From Antedon mediterranea (lineage: Eukaryota; Animalia; Echinodermata): DNA of 64,000 nucleotides. This document shows positions 62,532 through 64,000 of the stretch, one piece after another. The notes under the pieces were generated by a model. It was given only the letters and a program-made list of their open reading frames with translations. It made no database searches and was not told the DNA's origin. Each line of letters begins with the position of its first letter. The stretch's first letter is position 1. A program made the translations under genes and the position numbers. The DNA is taken from contig NC_092680.1 of the NCBI RefSeq assembly GCF_964355755.1, positions 20,531,045 to 20,595,044 of the forward strand, written 5' to 3'.

Positions 62532-62819
62532 CTCCACTGATAGTTAGTTCAAGGCCAGAGGACACTAATAGAACACCGCCACCAAGGCATAATAGTAGCA
62601 TTGGATTGTATCTCTCGAGTTATCATTAGTAGGCCTATATTCCATTATTTTAAAAGATTTAGGAATAGACTCCGAGATTTCCAGATATAAAGGCCTATCT
62701 GTTGTGGGTAATCCGAATTTTCTATATAGGCCTAGGACCTCTTCCTACCTGTTTTCAGGAAGCCACCAAGGCATCATGTAGCCTTGGATTGATTGTAGCC
62801 TATCTCTCGATTTATCACA

Positions 62820-63200
62820 GGAGTTGAAAGTGGCTTCCTGAATATGATGGTATCTGTAAAATGTGTAAGAATGGTTTAGAAGATATTCAACATTTTCTAT
62901 TCACATGTAACCAACTCAATGGCATAAGGATTGAAGAATATACCAAATTAGAATATATGTTAATCGATATCAATCAATTAGATGTATGGGACAATTTTAT
63001 CTCTGGTGACCTGAACACCAAATTAAATCTTGTATTAGGTGGAACTGATAACTATCATATGTATGACGTCGATTCCATATCAAATGTCTTTGATAATAAG
63101 AATTTATATTAAATAAATATGATTTTACTGTATTTTCCTCTACGTCTGTTTTCTTCAGACAATAAGGCCTACTATATTAGGGAAGATTACACAACATTAG
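62820..63200 (+). mobile_element. Non-LTR retrotransposon C-terminal remnant (CCHC zinc knuckle)
   Basis: GICKMCKNGLEDIQHFLFTC is the CxxC..E...HFL..C knuckle found after the RT domain in LINE ORF2. An AT-rich 3' UTR follows. Confidence 0.65.
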
Positions 63201-64000
63201 GAAAAGATAAGATAAGTGTTTTCAGGAAATTATGATTTGGGACGGTGCCAAGAATGTGCGCCTACCATCAGCAGGAGTTCAATTTCATGTGGCTTAGTTT
63301 ATCCGGTAGATTATATCTCAAGTACCCACAACACAGAAGCACTACGATATTTATCTTGGAAGCTGTTGACGGTCTTATCATGGAGTTTTATCTCACATTA
63401 TGAATATAGAATTGCCTATAGAGATCCGTTTTAATATTTATAGTGTGTGCTAGTAGTAGAATTACTGAATTAGTCGTAAGTATTTGATTTTCTACTTCTC
63501 TTTTCATTGGTACCAACCCGGGTACCAACCTGAACCATGGTTGATTTCATCGGGTGTTCGTATCACACACGTACAGTACTTTTACGTTTTGCAGTGATAT
63601 CATTATTTTATATTTAATCATAGGATGATGCTACAAACAATTTTGCTTTTAATAATGAACCCATCTTCAACTTTCGGACCATCATAGATTCGGATGGAAT
63701 TTTCCAGTTGTTGTTGCCATATGAATGATATTTCAGGCAATTTTTTTAGCTGAGCTCTACCTATATATCGATCTCTATCTATAACTCTATTTTACAAAAT
63801 TGTCTTAGCTCAACCCCAACCACGGTAGAGTGTTGACAATGTGCGAGCCAGCGAGGCATGCAATTCATGCATTTCATGTGGTCTATGATGACAGTAATTC
63901 AACAAAACAGTATTATATAATCACCTGGCGAGCTAACCGGTCATGCATCTTGTTTATAGCTATAGATTAATACTAGTTTCGTTCTCAAATGACGTTCATA

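Overview
AT-rich, intron-containing animal genomic DNA, most likely an invertebrate deuterostome such as an echinoderm (inferred from gene and repeat content, not proven). I could assemble five protein-coding genes by hand with phase-consistent GT-AG junctions. (1) An orexin/allatotropin-type GPCR (+, 6 coding exons, 14463-20215, 405 aa). (2) TBP-like factor TBPL1/TRF2 (-, 6 exons, 44099-32616, 259 aa). (3) Geminin (+, 7 exons, 46824-50764, 274 aa), head-to-head with TBPL1. (4) RNase P/MRP subunit POP1 (+, 8 exons, 52513-58445, 845 aa). (5) A MOSMO-like tetraspan gene with an intronless CDS (-, 61207-60692, 171 aa). The rest is dense with non-autonomous mobile DNA: two high-copy palindromic MITE families, TTAA-flanked elements, a 1.6-kb GG-terminated element with a perfect 8-bp target duplication, tRNA- and 5S-derived SINEs, LINE remnants and several minisatellites. 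The most interesting unexplained signals are: dense CTAG/TAGGCCTA palindrome tracts just downstream of the inferred promoters of the housekeeping genes, loss of the TM6 proline in the GPCR, a 5S-headed SINE with an intact internal promoter, an E2F+CHR element at the TBPL1/geminin divergent promoter, and an RFX X-box upstream of the MOSMO-like gene. No database searches were run; family assignments rest on recalled motifs.
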